From positions 128,995 through 192,994 of the forward strand of contig JACDBH010000004.1 in NCBI GenBank assembly GCA_013694995.1: a stretch of DNA of 64,000 bases, written 5' to 3'. A program made the translations under genes and the position numbers. This DNA comes from Candidatus Saccharimonadota bacterium (GTDB taxonomy: Bacteria > Patescibacteriota > Saccharimonadia > Saccharimonadales > JACDBH01). A model generated the notes under the pieces. That model did not search any database. It saw nothing but the letters and a program-made list of their open reading frames with translations, and was not told the origin of the DNA. Shown piece by piece: positions 9,973 to 19,935 of this stretch; position 1 is the stretch's first letter, and each line of letters opens with the position of its first letter.

Positions 9973-11361
9973 ATGCAGACTACTTATAGACCAGAAACTG
10001 CACAGATACCAATTACAGAAGCATTAGATGCGGACGAATTAAGGGGCATAGACTTAAGCCAATTCAGACGGTTAAGTCTTAATGAGCATAAAATTCAAAA
10101 AATACTTGACGAGACCGACCGCAGTTTAAAAACAACCGATACTGACTTGTGGGTAAGCTATGGTGAAAACAGTTTACGTCCAGACGAAAAGGTAACAGAT
10201 TATCCGCTTGCCGTTGTCCTAACCCTTGCGGAGTTTGTTGCCGAGCTTCCAGACAAGCCTTTTGATAACATTACCTTCTTAAAAAAGAATAGCCAGGATC
10301 CGTTGTTCAGGGAGCTTCATGACCAATTGGCAAAAGATCAAAGCTTAAAACTTGCCTTAAATGTAGCGCTTGAAGATATATTTGGTGTGGCTAAACAAGA
10401 CCGCATATTCCAAAAGCACCGGGATAGGATATCCCTGGCTCTGATGGAATTATCTTTGATTAGGGAATCTGAGACTCAACAGTCTACACGTATTAGTAGT
10501 AAAAAAAGAAATTTTCGCTTAGGCCGTTCTTTAGGAGTAGGCATTGTGGGTGTTTTGGCAATTGCCGGTACAAGCGAAGTTGCACTGAAAAATGACGAAA
10601 ATAAATCGTCTGTTGCAGAATCTACGACCACTATAGACCACTCAAACATTACTGAGAATATTATAATATCTCAGCCGGCTCCAAGTACTTCGGCAGAACA
10701 ACAACCTGAATTCATATGTCCTAAGCCAGCGGAAGACGGCTCTATAGCAACTATTGTGCAATATGGTGACTCAATGTGGAAAATTGCTGAGGCTTGTAAT
10801 ACATCGGTATCTGCGCTCAAGGAATTGAATGAATATATTGAGGATGTAAATGATATAAAGACTGGGCAAATAGTACTTATTAAACCAACAACAGCATCGA
10901 CTGCTACAACAGAAAACCCAATTATAATTACCAATTATGCGCCAGCATCAACCGTGCCTGAAACTACGACAACGCCGGTGCCGGAAACCACATTAGCTGC
11001 TATTGAGGAACCACTCCCCGAAATAACAGTTGTGCCTGAACTTGTTCAAGAAACGACAATACCAGCAGTTGAAGAGACAGCGCCTCCGCAACCTCAAAGT
11101 GACGGTACGCTTTCAGCTCAGGCCTGTAAAGATAAAGGCGGAACGCATCAACAAGCATTTAACGGTATAGGTGGCTGGGAATTCTTACGAAAATTTTATG
11201 CTGCCCAAGGTTATACTGTTACAAATAATGAGCTTGGATCATATTATAATACAACCCAACCGGACGATTTCCGTATACGGGACATCACGGGATCGACACC
11301 AGAGCATAAAGTTTTCGAATGCGCACCGAGCTTCAGCGATTTCATGAAGTATGCCCGTTAA
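9973..11361 (+). CDS. LysM domain membrane-anchored protein with Thr/Pro/Glu-rich linker
   Basis: IVQYGDSMWKIAEACNTSVSALKELN..I..GQIVLI is a LysM domain; TM segment LGVGIVGVLAIAG. Confidence 0.8.
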   Translation: MQTTYRPETAQIPITEALDADELRGIDLSQFRRLSLNEHKIQKILDETDRSLKTTDTDLWVSYGENSLRPDEKVTDYPLAVVLTLAEFVAELPDKPFDNITFLKKNSQDPLFRELHDQLAKDQSLKLALNVALEDIFGVAKQDRIFQKHRDRISLALMELSLIRESETQQSTRISSKKRNFRLGRSLGVGIVGVLAIAGTSEVALKNDENKSSVAESTTTIDHSNITENIIISQPAPSTSAEQQPEFICPKPAEDGSIATIVQYGDSMWKIAEACNTSVSALKELNEYIEDVNDIKTGQIVLIKPTTASTATTENPIIITNYAPASTVPETTTTPVPETTLAAIEEPLPEITVVPELVQETTIPAVEETAPPQPQSDGTLSAQACKDKGGTHQQAFNGIGGWEFLRKFYAAQGYTVTNNELGSYYNTTQPDDFRIRDITGSTPEHKVFECAPSFSDFMKYAR

Positions 11362-11419
11362 TCGATTGTATTTTTGGATACCTAGGCTTTAGCACATGCA
11401 TCAGTAGTTATATACTATT

Positions 11420-12928
11420 TTGGTGACCAACGAAATATTAGTGGAGAAATTATCTAATTTACCTAAAGAGCCCGGCGTTTATTTTCATAAGAATTTAGCC
11501 GGGGAAATTATTTATGTCGGTAAAGCCGCAGTGCTCAAGAACCGGGTGCGCCAATATTTTCAAACTAGCCGCAACCGTGACCCAAAGACCGAAGCATTAG
11601 TTTTAGAAATAGCCGACGTGGATTGGATTGAAGTCGAAAGTGAAATCGAAGCGCTCTTTCTAGAAGCTGAGATGATCAGGCGGTATTTGCCACGCTATAA
11701 TATTTTGCTTCGTGACGATAAGTCCAACCTGTATGTACGGATCGATATGAAGAGCGTGTATCCGAGCGTAAGCTATACTCGGCGGCCGCTGGACGATGGT
11801 GCGCTGTACCTAGGGCCTTATTTGAATGGCTTCAGCGTTAAGCGGGCAATGAAATATTTACGCAAAATTTTTCCATACTCGATGCATCTTATTCTTCCCA
11901 ATCGGCCGTGTCTGCAGTACCATATAGGCCTTTGCCCCGGACCGGAGAGTGGCAGTCTGGACAGCAAAGTTTATAAAGAAATACTCAAGAGACTCATCAT
12001 GTATCTAAAAGGTGAGAGAGTACAGCTGGTTAATGAACTTGAGCGGGAAATGCACTCAGCAGCAAAAAAAAAGGAATTTGAACTTGCCGCGCAGTTACGC
12101 AACCAGTTATTTGCGCTACGCAACCTAAGCAAACAAGTTATCTTTAGCGATCGGGAAAACATGGACTTAAGCCGCGACCACGCGCTTAATGATTTGTCGC
12201 AGCTATTGGGACTTAAGAAGATCCCCCGGCGGATTGAAGGTTACGATATTTCGCATATGTCAGGAGTCGACACTGTAGCTAGCATGGTGGTTTTCACGAA
12301 TGGCGTGGCCGACAAGGGCGCCTACCGCAAGTTCAAAATGCGGATTTTGGGCAATGACGACTTTGCCCATATGAACGAAGTTTTATCACGAAGGCTGAGT
12401 GAAAAACATAACAACTGGCCTTTGCCCGACCTGTTTTTAATAGACGGTGGCAAGGGCCAGCTGGGGGCGGCCCTGATGGTGCTTAGTGAGCGTGATATAA
12501 AACGTCCGGCAATCGGCTTGGCCAAACAGTTCGAGGAAATTATCGTTAAAAAAGGCTGGCCGTTGATTGAAATTGATAGTAAAAAAATACTAGCATTAAA
12601 CGGCGTCGTCATGGAAAGCGACGACTTCTATACTATCAAGCTGCCTTCGAACTCGCATGTTGTCAAACTGCTACAACGTATCCGTGACGAGTCACACCGC
12701 TTTGCCATCAGCTACCACACTGTGCTGAAAACGAAACGCCAAACTAGCAGTTTACTAGATGATATCCCGACTATCGGTCCTGAAACTCGTAAAAAATTAC
12801 TAAGAACATTCGGCAGCTACAAAGGTATCCAACAGGCGAGACAGTGGGAGCTGGAGAAAATAGTAGGAGAAAAACGTGCCATTATATTGCGGCAATATAT
12901 GCGACCCCATCGTAAGGATGAGATATAA
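11420..12928 (+). CDS. uvrC: excinuclease ABC subunit C
   Basis: GIY-YIG PGVY..IIYVGKA, RIEGYDISH, LIDGGKGQL and C-terminal HhH. Confidence 0.96.
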   Translation: MVTNEILVEKLSNLPKEPGVYFHKNLAGEIIYVGKAAVLKNRVRQYFQTSRNRDPKTEALVLEIADVDWIEVESEIEALFLEAEMIRRYLPRYNILLRDDKSNLYVRIDMKSVYPSVSYTRRPLDDGALYLGPYLNGFSVKRAMKYLRKIFPYSMHLILPNRPCLQYHIGLCPGPESGSLDSKVYKEILKRLIMYLKGERVQLVNELEREMHSAAKKKEFELAAQLRNQLFALRNLSKQVIFSDRENMDLSRDHALNDLSQLLGLKKIPRRIEGYDISHMSGVDTVASMVVFTNGVADKGAYRKFKMRILGNDDFAHMNEVLSRRLSEKHNNWPLPDLFLIDGGKGQLGAALMVLSERDIKRPAIGLAKQFEEIIVKKGWPLIEIDSKKILALNGVVMESDDFYTIKLPSNSHVVKLLQRIRDESHRFAISYHTVLKTKRQTSSLLDDIPTIGPETRKKLLRTFGSYKGIQQARQWELEKIVGEKRAIILRQYMRPHRKDEI

Positions 12929-12939
12929 TAGCTGCTTAA

Positions 12940-14160
12940 ATGACTGATATTTTTACTAATGGCTTTTTTATTGGTAACAGAAAAGCCTTACGTCAAACTA
13001 CCGACAGCAATTTAATTGTATTATCAGCCAACGGTTTACTCCAGCGCAGTGGTGATACAACATTTCCGTTTCGCCAAGATAGTAATTTCTGGTACCTGAC
13101 TGGCATTGAAGAACCTGATTTTATTTTAGTGATGGCGGAAAATGAGGATTTCTTGATTATGCCAAAGCGTGGAGAGCATCGTGATCTTTGGGACGGTATA
13201 GTTAATAAAAAAACCATTAGACAGTGCTCTGGGATTGATACGATTCTTGAATTCCATGAGGGTTGGCTAAAACTTGATAAGCTGCTTAAAAAATACAACA
13301 AAGTTCATACACTGGCTCCAGCTGACGTATATATGGAGCACTTTGGATTTTATGCTAATCCGGCGCGGGGCGTCTTGTTAGCGGCTTTACAAAAACATCG
13401 GAAGTTAGAAATAGTTGATGCCCGTAAAGATATAGCACGTCAAAGACAAATAAAGCAATCACCAGAAATTACAGTCCTGCAGCGTGCTATTGATATAACA
13501 ACCGAAACGTTAAAAGATGTGCGAAATAACCTGACTAATTATAAGACTGAGTATGAAGTCGGAGCTGATATAGCAGCTGGGTTTTTACGTCGCGGTGCCT
13601 CAGGCCATGGCTATCAGCCGATTATAGCCTGCGGCAAGCACGCAACGACGATTCATTACACCCAAAACAGAGCGGTTTTGGATGAACAGTTACTGCTTTT
13701 GGATGTAGGGGCTGAAGTTGCCAACTATAGTGCCGACATTACTAGAACTTACGCTATTAAAAAGCCTACCCCCAGGCAGCGTCATGTTCACGACAGTGTC
13801 ATTGCCGTTCAGCAGAAAGCTTTCGATATGTTAAAGCCTGGTATCGACATGAAGGAATTTGAGCAAGCAGTAGATTTAGAAATGGCCAGAGAACTTAGAA
13901 AGTTAAAGGTCTTAGGCAACATTAATGATAAAAAGAAGCTGAAAAAGTACTACCCCCACTTAACATCACACTTTCTTGGACTCGATACGCATGATGCCGC
14001 AGACTACACTAGGCCTCTAAAACCCGGCATGGTGTTAACGGTAGAGCCAGGTATTTACCTGCCTGATGAAGAAATCGGTATAAGAATCGAAGACGACGTG
14101 CTGATAACCGAAACGGGCATAAAGGTGCTGAGTGCAAACTTGCCCACAGACTTAGGCTAA
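12940..14160 (+). CDS. pepP: Xaa-Pro aminopeptidase (M24B)
   Basis: FRQDSNFWYLTG, DVGAE..YSADITRT, HFLGLDTHD, TVEPGIY, IRIEDD. Confidence 0.92.
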   Translation: MTDIFTNGFFIGNRKALRQTTDSNLIVLSANGLLQRSGDTTFPFRQDSNFWYLTGIEEPDFILVMAENEDFLIMPKRGEHRDLWDGIVNKKTIRQCSGIDTILEFHEGWLKLDKLLKKYNKVHTLAPADVYMEHFGFYANPARGVLLAALQKHRKLEIVDARKDIARQRQIKQSPEITVLQRAIDITTETLKDVRNNLTNYKTEYEVGADIAAGFLRRGASGHGYQPIIACGKHATTIHYTQNRAVLDEQLLLLDVGAEVANYSADITRTYAIKKPTPRQRHVHDSVIAVQQKAFDMLKPGIDMKEFEQAVDLEMARELRKLKVLGNINDKKKLKKYYPHLTSHFLGLDTHDAADYTRPLKPGMVLTVEPGIYLPDEEIGIRIEDDVLITETGIKVLSANLPTDLG

Positions 14161-14176
14161 CATACAATGTAGGGGA

Positions 14177-14539
14177 ATGAAAAAACCCTGGAGTCGGTTC
14201 TTACTTAGGTGGTTTGTTTGCAGCCTTGGGCTGTGGATTGCTGCTGGCTTTTTGGATGGACGCATTGCTTATAACAGTCGCCTAGGTGTAATAGTAGTTT
14301 CAGGTTTGATTCTAGCAATCGTCAACTCCGTAATTAAGCCATTAGTCGTGTTACTGAGCCTGCCGGCAATTCTTTTTAGTCTTGGCCTGTTTATGATTGT
14401 TGTTAACGGGCTAATGGTTTTATTGGCAAGCGTCCTCTATAAACCCCTGCAAGTGACAAGTTTTGGAGCGGCTATGCTTGCAGGAGTCTTCATCGGCTTG
14501 GTAAACTATCTAGTAACAGCAATTGTAGAGGATATATGA
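14177..14539 (+). CDS. phage holin family (YvlD-like) four-TM membrane protein
   Basis: LAIVNSVIKP...LSLP...LGLF..VVNG pattern. Confidence 0.85.
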   Translation: MKKPWSRFLLRWFVCSLGLWIAAGFLDGRIAYNSRLGVIVVSGLILAIVNSVIKPLVVLLSLPAILFSLGLFMIVVNGLMVLLASVLYKPLQVTSFGAAMLAGVFIGLVNYLVTAIVEDI

Positions 14540-14751
14540 CGATAGCAAATTACGTAACGATTATTTCAGCGGTGCTTGTAACTATATTGATAATGATTCA
14601 AACCAGAGGTGCCAGTTTGGGCGCTGGAATGGGTGGTGGCGGCGAAGTAAATACGGTCCGTCGAGGTTCGGAAAAGTCACTTCATAACATAACTATTTTT
14701 ATGGTTCTGGTGTTCTCATTTTCACTGATTGCAAATCTTATTCAAATATAA
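14536..14751 (+). CDS. secG: preprotein translocase subunit SecG
   Basis: ILIMIQTRGASLGAGMGG...RRGSEKSL with two TM helices. Confidence 0.9.
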   Translation: MTIANYVTIISAVLVTILIMIQTRGASLGAGMGGGGEVNTVRRGSEKSLHNITIFMVLVFSFSLIANLIQI

Positions 14752-14787
14752 GCCGTTAATCTATACATAAGGGGTGGAAAGTACTTA

Positions 14788-16563
14788 ATGATTGATCGTA
14801 CGACTAAACTCCGATGGCGCCGGCGGGTCAGGCGTCGTCAGCGCCAAGTAGAAGACATTGGTTCACAGACCGAAGAAAATCTCGATCGTCATTTTTTCAG
14901 GCGGTTGGGCAGACTTTATGAGGTGCGCCGCTTTATCCTGGCATGGTTAATGCTACTCGTAGCATTAATTGGTGCGGTAGTCGTACAGACCCGGGCCCTG
15001 GGTGATTATTACCTCAAGATTGTCCCAGTTGCCGGTGGCATCTACAGCGAGGGGATATTAGGAACCTACACTAATGCTAATCCGATTTTTGCTACTGGTG
15101 ATGTCGACACTGCGGTTTCTCGCCTGCTTTTTTCTAGTCTATTCAGTTATGATGCCGACAATATTCTAGTGGGCGACATAGCCGAGGGCTGGTCGGTTGA
15201 TGAAAGTGGAAAAATCTATACAGTAAAACTGAGGCAGGATATATTCTGGCACGACGAAACTCAACTGACTGCCAAAGACGTACTATTTACCTATCAAACA
15301 ATCCAGAATCCTGACGCCCGGTCACCACTTTTCTCGAGCTGGTCAGGGGTAAAAATAGAAGCTTCTGATGAGCACACACTCACATTCACCCTGCCAAATG
15401 TCTTAGCTTCTTTCCCATATTCAATGACCAATGGCATTATTCCTGAACATTTGCTTAAAGAAGTCGCCGTGACAGACTTAAGAGGCTCATTATTTAATAC
15501 AATTGAACCAGTAGGAACAGGACCTTTCAAGTGGGGAGGTGTTGAGGTTGTCGGCGATACTGTCGAAAATCGTGAGCAACGCATTGCATTAAAAGCAAAC
15601 AATAAATATCATAAGGGACCTCCACGAGTTACCGAATTTATACTTCGTGCATATTTAAATGAAAACGCATTGGTCGGTAGTTTTGATAGAGGCGAACTTA
15701 ATGCCGTGGTTGGAGCATTGTCAATGCCCTTATCAGGCAACCTGGCAGAAGAATATAATATTTCGTTGACAGGCTCGGTCATGATATTTTTCCGTAATAC
15801 ACAAGAAGTTTTGCAGGATGCTAAGGTAAGACGCGCCCTTACTTTTGCTACCAACCAAAAAGAGATAATACGTAGCTTAGCCTATTCGAGTAAAGCCGTG
15901 ACAGGACCATTGCTACCTGAGCATATCGGCTATGACGAAACACTTATGCAGTATGGGTTTGATCTTGAGCAAGCCAAAAAACTGCTTGAAGAGGCAGGTT
16001 GGATGTCGGATCTGTCGGGCGATATACGCGTAAAGGACGGTCATAAGTTAAGTATGACTCTGACGACCCTAAGCAGTGCTGAATACGCCGGAGTCGCTAC
16101 TCAGTTGCAGAAACAATGGCGTCTGGCAGGAGTGGACCTTATAGTCAATTCATTTTCTCAGGACGAGTTACAGAGCCTTATAGGTCAGAGGGCATATGAT
16201 GCCCTTATGTATGGCATAGTAATGGGAGTGGACGCTGATCAATTCGCCTACTGGCATAGCACCCAGGCAGACGTGCTGGCGCAGCAGCGGCTTAATTTCT
16301 CAGATTATAAGTCAGCTACAGCCGATGCGGCACTTGAAGCCGGCCGTACTAGGATAAACGCCGAACTTCGTGCAGCTAAATACAAGCCTTTCTTGCAATC
16401 ATGGCGCGACGACGCCCCGGCTATTGCCCTATATCGCCCGCGGTTTATCTATACTACTTACGACAAGGTATATAACTTCCAGGCAAAAGATATTCATTCT
16501 CCAACCGACCGATTCTTGGGTATTGAGCAATGGATGATTCGCACCGACCGTGCAGTAAACTAA
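14788..16563 (+). CDS. peptide ABC transporter substrate-binding protein (family 5)
   Basis: LRQDIFWHD..LTAKDVLFT, PVGTGPF, VRRAL motifs; N-terminal TM anchor. Confidence 0.92.
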   Translation: MIDRTTKLRWRRRVRRRQRQVEDIGSQTEENLDRHFFRRLGRLYEVRRFILAWLMLLVALIGAVVVQTRALGDYYLKIVPVAGGIYSEGILGTYTNANPIFATGDVDTAVSRLLFSSLFSYDADNILVGDIAEGWSVDESGKIYTVKLRQDIFWHDETQLTAKDVLFTYQTIQNPDARSPLFSSWSGVKIEASDEHTLTFTLPNVLASFPYSMTNGIIPEHLLKEVAVTDLRGSLFNTIEPVGTGPFKWGGVEVVGDTVENREQRIALKANNKYHKGPPRVTEFILRAYLNENALVGSFDRGELNAVVGALSMPLSGNLAEEYNISLTGSVMIFFRNTQEVLQDAKVRRALTFATNQKEIIRSLAYSSKAVTGPLLPEHIGYDETLMQYGFDLEQAKKLLEEAGWMSDLSGDIRVKDGHKLSMTLTTLSSAEYAGVATQLQKQWRLAGVDLIVNSFSQDELQSLIGQRAYDALMYGIVMGVDADQFAYWHSTQADVLAQQRLNFSDYKSATADAALEAGRTRINAELRAAKYKPFLQSWRDDAPAIALYRPRFIYTTYDKVYNFQAKDIHSPTDRFLGIEQWMIRTDRAVN

Positions 16564-16571
16564 GAGCTACA

Positions 16572-16734
16572 GAACTCATTTCATATCTCCCGTCTGTTAA
16601 GTGAAGCAGTACATGGTGAGTGCCGGATGGTTGTTCTTGGGAGGAGGCGTGCCCATAGGCACGGCGACGAACAAAACTAACAGCTGGTGCCGCCAGGTAC
16701 TGCTGAAGCTGGAGGGGAGATATGAAATGAGTTC
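16572..16734 (+). ncRNA. candidate rod-shaped ncRNA (6S-RNA-like) or MITE
   Basis: Perfect 20-bp terminal inverted repeat GAACTCATTTCATATCTCCC, central bubble, inner stems agcagtac/gtactgct and tggtg/cgcca, apical cgtgcc-cata-ggcacg; G-U pairs favour the + strand. Confidence 0.5.
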
Positions 16735-16781
16735 AATAGATGATGAAGTATTTAATAAATGGCCGCAACTGGATCGGGCCG

Positions 16782-17336
16782 CTATCGCCTCGCTAAGTAG
16801 AAAAGATATTCTTTATTTTTACCCTTGCTCCCCACAATAGGTGACTCAACTTCCCCTAAAACTTCAAGTCCAATTTCTAGTAACTCGGCTCTTACCTTAT
16901 CTAGCACTTCAGGAATGTATTCATCAAGCAGTTTTCCTCTGTATAACATTGGAGGGTTGGCTTCGTAATGGGGCTTTACAAGGGTTACAAGATGGCCACC
17001 TGGTTTTAAATTTAATAGTGCATTCGGAGTAACTTTTTGTAGCTTAGTCCAGCTCGTATCTACTGTAATAAGATCGACCTTTTCTGGGAGTTTAACGTGC
17101 ATGGCATTTGTCCGCTCCATGACGATAACCCGTTTATTGTTGCGTAGTTTCCAGTCCAGGACTCCATATCCAGTCTCAACTGCATATACTTTTTTTGCGT
17201 CTGCCTGCAGCAGGCAGTCCACAAAGCCGCCAGTACTTGAACCAAAGTCTGCGCAAACCAAGCCCTCTATCTTTATATTCAAGCTTTGTAATGCGTGCTC
17301 GAGTTTCTCTCCCGCACGAGAGGCGTATTTCATCAA
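16782..17336 (-). CDS. tlyA: TlyA-family rRNA methyltransferase lacking the N-terminal S4 domain
   Basis: YASRAGEKL, DFGSSTGGFVDCLLQ, LVKPHYEA, SPIVGSKGKNKEY. Confidence 0.85.
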   Translation of the reverse strand: MMKYASRAGEKLEHALQSLNIKIEGLVCADFGSSTGGFVDCLLQADAKKVYAVETGYGVLDWKLRNNKRVIVMERTNAMHVKLPEKVDLITVDTSWTKLQKVTPNALLNLKPGGHLVTLVKPHYEANPPMLYRGKLLDEYIPEVLDKVRAELLEIGLEVLGEVESPIVGSKGKNKEYLFYLARR

Positions 17337-17377
17337 TATAAAGTATAGACCATTGCTACTTCATATAACTTGGGTAA

Positions 17378-17408
17378 TTTATATGGTGGGCGAAAGAGGA
17401 CTTGAACC
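17378..17408 (-). repeat. 31-bp direct duplication of tRNA-Leu(CAG) 3' end plus flank (att-like)
   Basis: tttatatggtgggcgaaagaggacttgaacc identical at 17378-17408 and 17534-17564. Confidence 0.85.
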
Positions 17409-17539
17409 CGAAGAAGCCCAGTGGGCTTCTGAGTTCACGCTAGTTAAGCGTCTGTTTAGCATAGTGTTCAAAAGCTGTATATATACATTCTATTGTTTAG
17501 CGCTAAGGTACAATGTCCTATTTGTTCAGCAAGTTTATA

Positions 17540-17626
17540 TGGTGGGCGAAAGAGGACTTGAACCTCCACAAGATTGCTCTCACTAGCTCCTGAAGCTAGC
17601 GCGTCTACCAATTCCGCCATTCGCCC
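17540..17626 (-). tRNA. tRNA-Leu(CAG)
   Basis: GGGCGAA/TTCGCCC-ACCA acceptor stem, anticodon arm ctagc-ttCAGga-gctag, long variable arm, GGTTCAAGTCC. Confidence 0.95.
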
Positions 17627-17845
17627 GCACTGTTATCAGGAAGTGCAACAGCCATAATTCGATGTCAACAAATCCAGTAAAACAAACCAAAAAGTAATTA
17701 TAGCGATAACAGGGGTAATTGTACCGGCATTCACTACTAATTGCAATTGATTGGAAGCCCTAAACCGCTATTACGTTCGTCACACTGTTTATGCTATGAT
17801 TGCTCTTAAGGAAAATAGAAATAAGTAGAGGGTAATTGTCTATTC

Positions 17846-19483
17846 ATGAGCAAAGTTGCACACTATTTACAGGAGCACCTTGTTGGTGAAGTTATTACCA
17901 GTCCTGATGCCCGCCGTTATTTTTCAACGGACGCTAGTATTTTTAATTTGACTCCTGCGATAGTTGTATATCCACGTAATGAAAATGATGTTCGTAAGAC
18001 TGCCAGGTTCACCTGGCAGCTAGCTGAACGGGGCAGAATAATACCAATTACGGCTCGCGGCCATGGCACTGACCAGTCCGGAGCTGCTATCGGTTCAGGC
18101 ATCATGCTGATTTTTCCAGCCTATATGAATAAGGTTTTAGAGCTCGATCCTAAAAGCGGTAGCGTGGCTGTTCAGCCGGGCTTGAATTACGGTAAACTGC
18201 AGCAAACCCTACATACACATGGCCGCTTTTTGCCACCGTTTCCGGCATCGATGGAGTATTCAACATTAGGTGGCGCCATCGGCAATAATGCCGGCGGAGA
18301 AAAGAGCGTCAAGTACGGCTCGACCAGGGAATATGTTCGTAATTTACGTGTTGTGCTTGCCAATGGCGAGGTGATCGAAACACGCCGTCTCAATAAACGC
18401 GAACTTAGCAAAAAGATGGGACTTAGCAGTTTTGAAGGCGAAGTCTATAGGGCGCTCGACACGCTTATAGAAGAGCAGCGAGACTTGGTCGTGAAATCAA
18501 AACTAGAGGTTAGTAAAAATTCGTCTGGTTACAATCTTGCCGACATTAAGAATAAAGATGGCTCATTCGACCTGACTCCTTTATTCGTTGGTTCTCAGGG
18601 CACCCTAGGTTTGGTTACGGAAGCTATAATGGAAACGGAAACCTTTAACCCTCAGTCCAGTTTAATTTCGGCGTCTTTCAATAGTATCGATGACGCCGCT
18701 AAAGCTGTGGCCGAACTCAGGAAACTGCCGGCTATTCCTAGTGCGATGGAGATGGTAGATGAGCATCTCATCACTTTTATCGAACAACATAATCCTAACC
18801 AGCTAAAAGGCTTGGTAGATAAACCGTATCACAAGTTGATATTACTGGTTGAGTTTGATGACGCCAACCAGCGTGTTCAAAAACGTAACGTCAAAAAAGC
18901 CCTTAAGATTCTAGATCGCTACAATGCCGTATGCAAAGTCGAAACTGAGACCGAACAACAAGAACAATTCTGGAAAATACGCCATGCAGCCGCTTCGGTG
19001 GCGTCATATCATGACGGCAATACCAAAGCGTTGCCAATTATTGAAGACGGAATCGTGCCAGTTGATCGGTTTGGAGAATACATCGAAAAAGTCTATGAAT
19101 TATTTGCCAAGCATCATCTGCAGGTGGCGTTGTGGGGCCATGCTGGCAATGGAAACCTGCACATGCAGCCCATGCTTGACCTTGCCCAGCTCGGCGACCG
19201 CCAGAAGATCTTTCGCCTAATGGACGAATACCACAAACTGGTAATTGAATTGGGAGGTTCATTGAGTGGCGAGCATGGTGACGGACGGCTGAGAGGCCCG
19301 TACCTAGAACAATTGTACGGCCCGCAAATCTATGAATTATTTACAAAAGTAAAAGCAATTTTTGATCCGCATGGTATTTTGAATCCAGGTGTTAAAACCG
19401 GCATTACACTGGATGATATCAAGCCTTTACTGCGGTCAGAATATACCCTGGATCACTTGTATGACCATTTACCGCGTACTTAA
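17846..19483 (+). CDS. FAD-binding oxidoreductase (GlcD/D-lactate dehydrogenase family)
   Basis: ARGHGTDQSG, STLGGAIGNNAGG, VGSQGTLG, GHAGNGNLH, SGEHGDG, FDPHGILNPG. Confidence 0.92.
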   Translation: MSKVAHYLQEHLVGEVITSPDARRYFSTDASIFNLTPAIVVYPRNENDVRKTARFTWQLAERGRIIPITARGHGTDQSGAAIGSGIMLIFPAYMNKVLELDPKSGSVAVQPGLNYGKLQQTLHTHGRFLPPFPASMEYSTLGGAIGNNAGGEKSVKYGSTREYVRNLRVVLANGEVIETRRLNKRELSKKMGLSSFEGEVYRALDTLIEEQRDLVVKSKLEVSKNSSGYNLADIKNKDGSFDLTPLFVGSQGTLGLVTEAIMETETFNPQSSLISASFNSIDDAAKAVAELRKLPAIPSAMEMVDEHLITFIEQHNPNQLKGLVDKPYHKLILLVEFDDANQRVQKRNVKKALKILDRYNAVCKVETETEQQEQFWKIRHAAASVASYHDGNTKALPIIEDGIVPVDRFGEYIEKVYELFAKHHLQVALWGHAGNGNLHMQPMLDLAQLGDRQKIFRLMDEYHKLVIELGGSLSGEHGDGRLRGPYLEQLYGPQIYELFTKVKAIFDPHGILNPGVKTGITLDDIKPLLRSEYTLDHLYDHLPRT

Positions 19484-19489
19484 GATTTG

Positions 19490-19681
19490 CTAGCGACTAG
19501 AAATTACTGCGAACAGAATCCCTGCAATCGCCAATAACACACTCAAAATACTCAGTAGTAATACGCGTTGCTGCAACCTGTCGTTGTCTCGATCCAGTAA
19601 TTCTATGGTCCGTTCCAAGTGATGGATTGGATTAAGGATTTGGGCATATGAACGATGTTTGTGATGTTTTTTCTTGGCCAT
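19490..19681 (-). CDS. small membrane protein with basic/His N-tail, coiled coil and C-terminal TM
   Basis: 63-aa ORF with clear TM segment. Confidence 0.6.
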   Translation of the reverse strand: MAKKKHHKHRSYAQILNPIHHLERTIELLDRDNDRLQQRVLLLSILSVLLAIAGILFAVISSR

Positions 19682-19785
19682 AAGCTTTAAGAAACTATAG
19701 CAGATAAATATGAGGCAGGCGAGACAGGACCTGTCTATGTTCCTAATTCCAATAAGTTACTACTGGTGCGCGAGAGAGGCTTGCT

Positions 19786-19871
19786 CACGTTCCGCGAGCC
19801 CAGAACTTTCATGCGTTGAACCAGTTCAACCCTGGAAGGTTCTCTTGCAAAATGCCACTGGCATTTCTCAC
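19786..19871 (-). repeat. tRNA-associated ~86-nt structured element (GTGAG...CGCGGAACGTG family), copy 1
   Basis: Aligns with 22504-22589 and 33749-33833 with compensatory stem changes; lies between an inverted (19877-19897) and a direct (19764-19779) copy of the tRNA-Leu 3' end. Confidence 0.8.
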
Positions 19872-19935
19872 CTATCGGTTCAAGTTCTCCGGCACCAAAA
19901 CAACAAACCGACCTAAAGAGGCCGGATAGTTGTTT

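Noticed and set aside
14177..14539. Prophage suggested by the holin-family gene
   Set aside because: Sits in a housekeeping run (pepP-secG) with no phage neighbours; this family is commonly chromosomal
16572..16734. SRP RNA or tmRNA
   Set aside because: Lacks the SRP CAGG-GNRA-AGCAG domain and the tRNA-like GGGG...CCACCA ends
16601..16840. 79-aa ORF
   Set aside because: Lies across the structured inverted repeat and overlaps the tlyA end; no protein-like features
17101..17586. 161-aa plus-strand ORF with repeated MVGERGLEP
   Set aside because: Antisense to tlyA and tRNA-Leu; the repeat is only the duplicated tRNA 3' end read backwards
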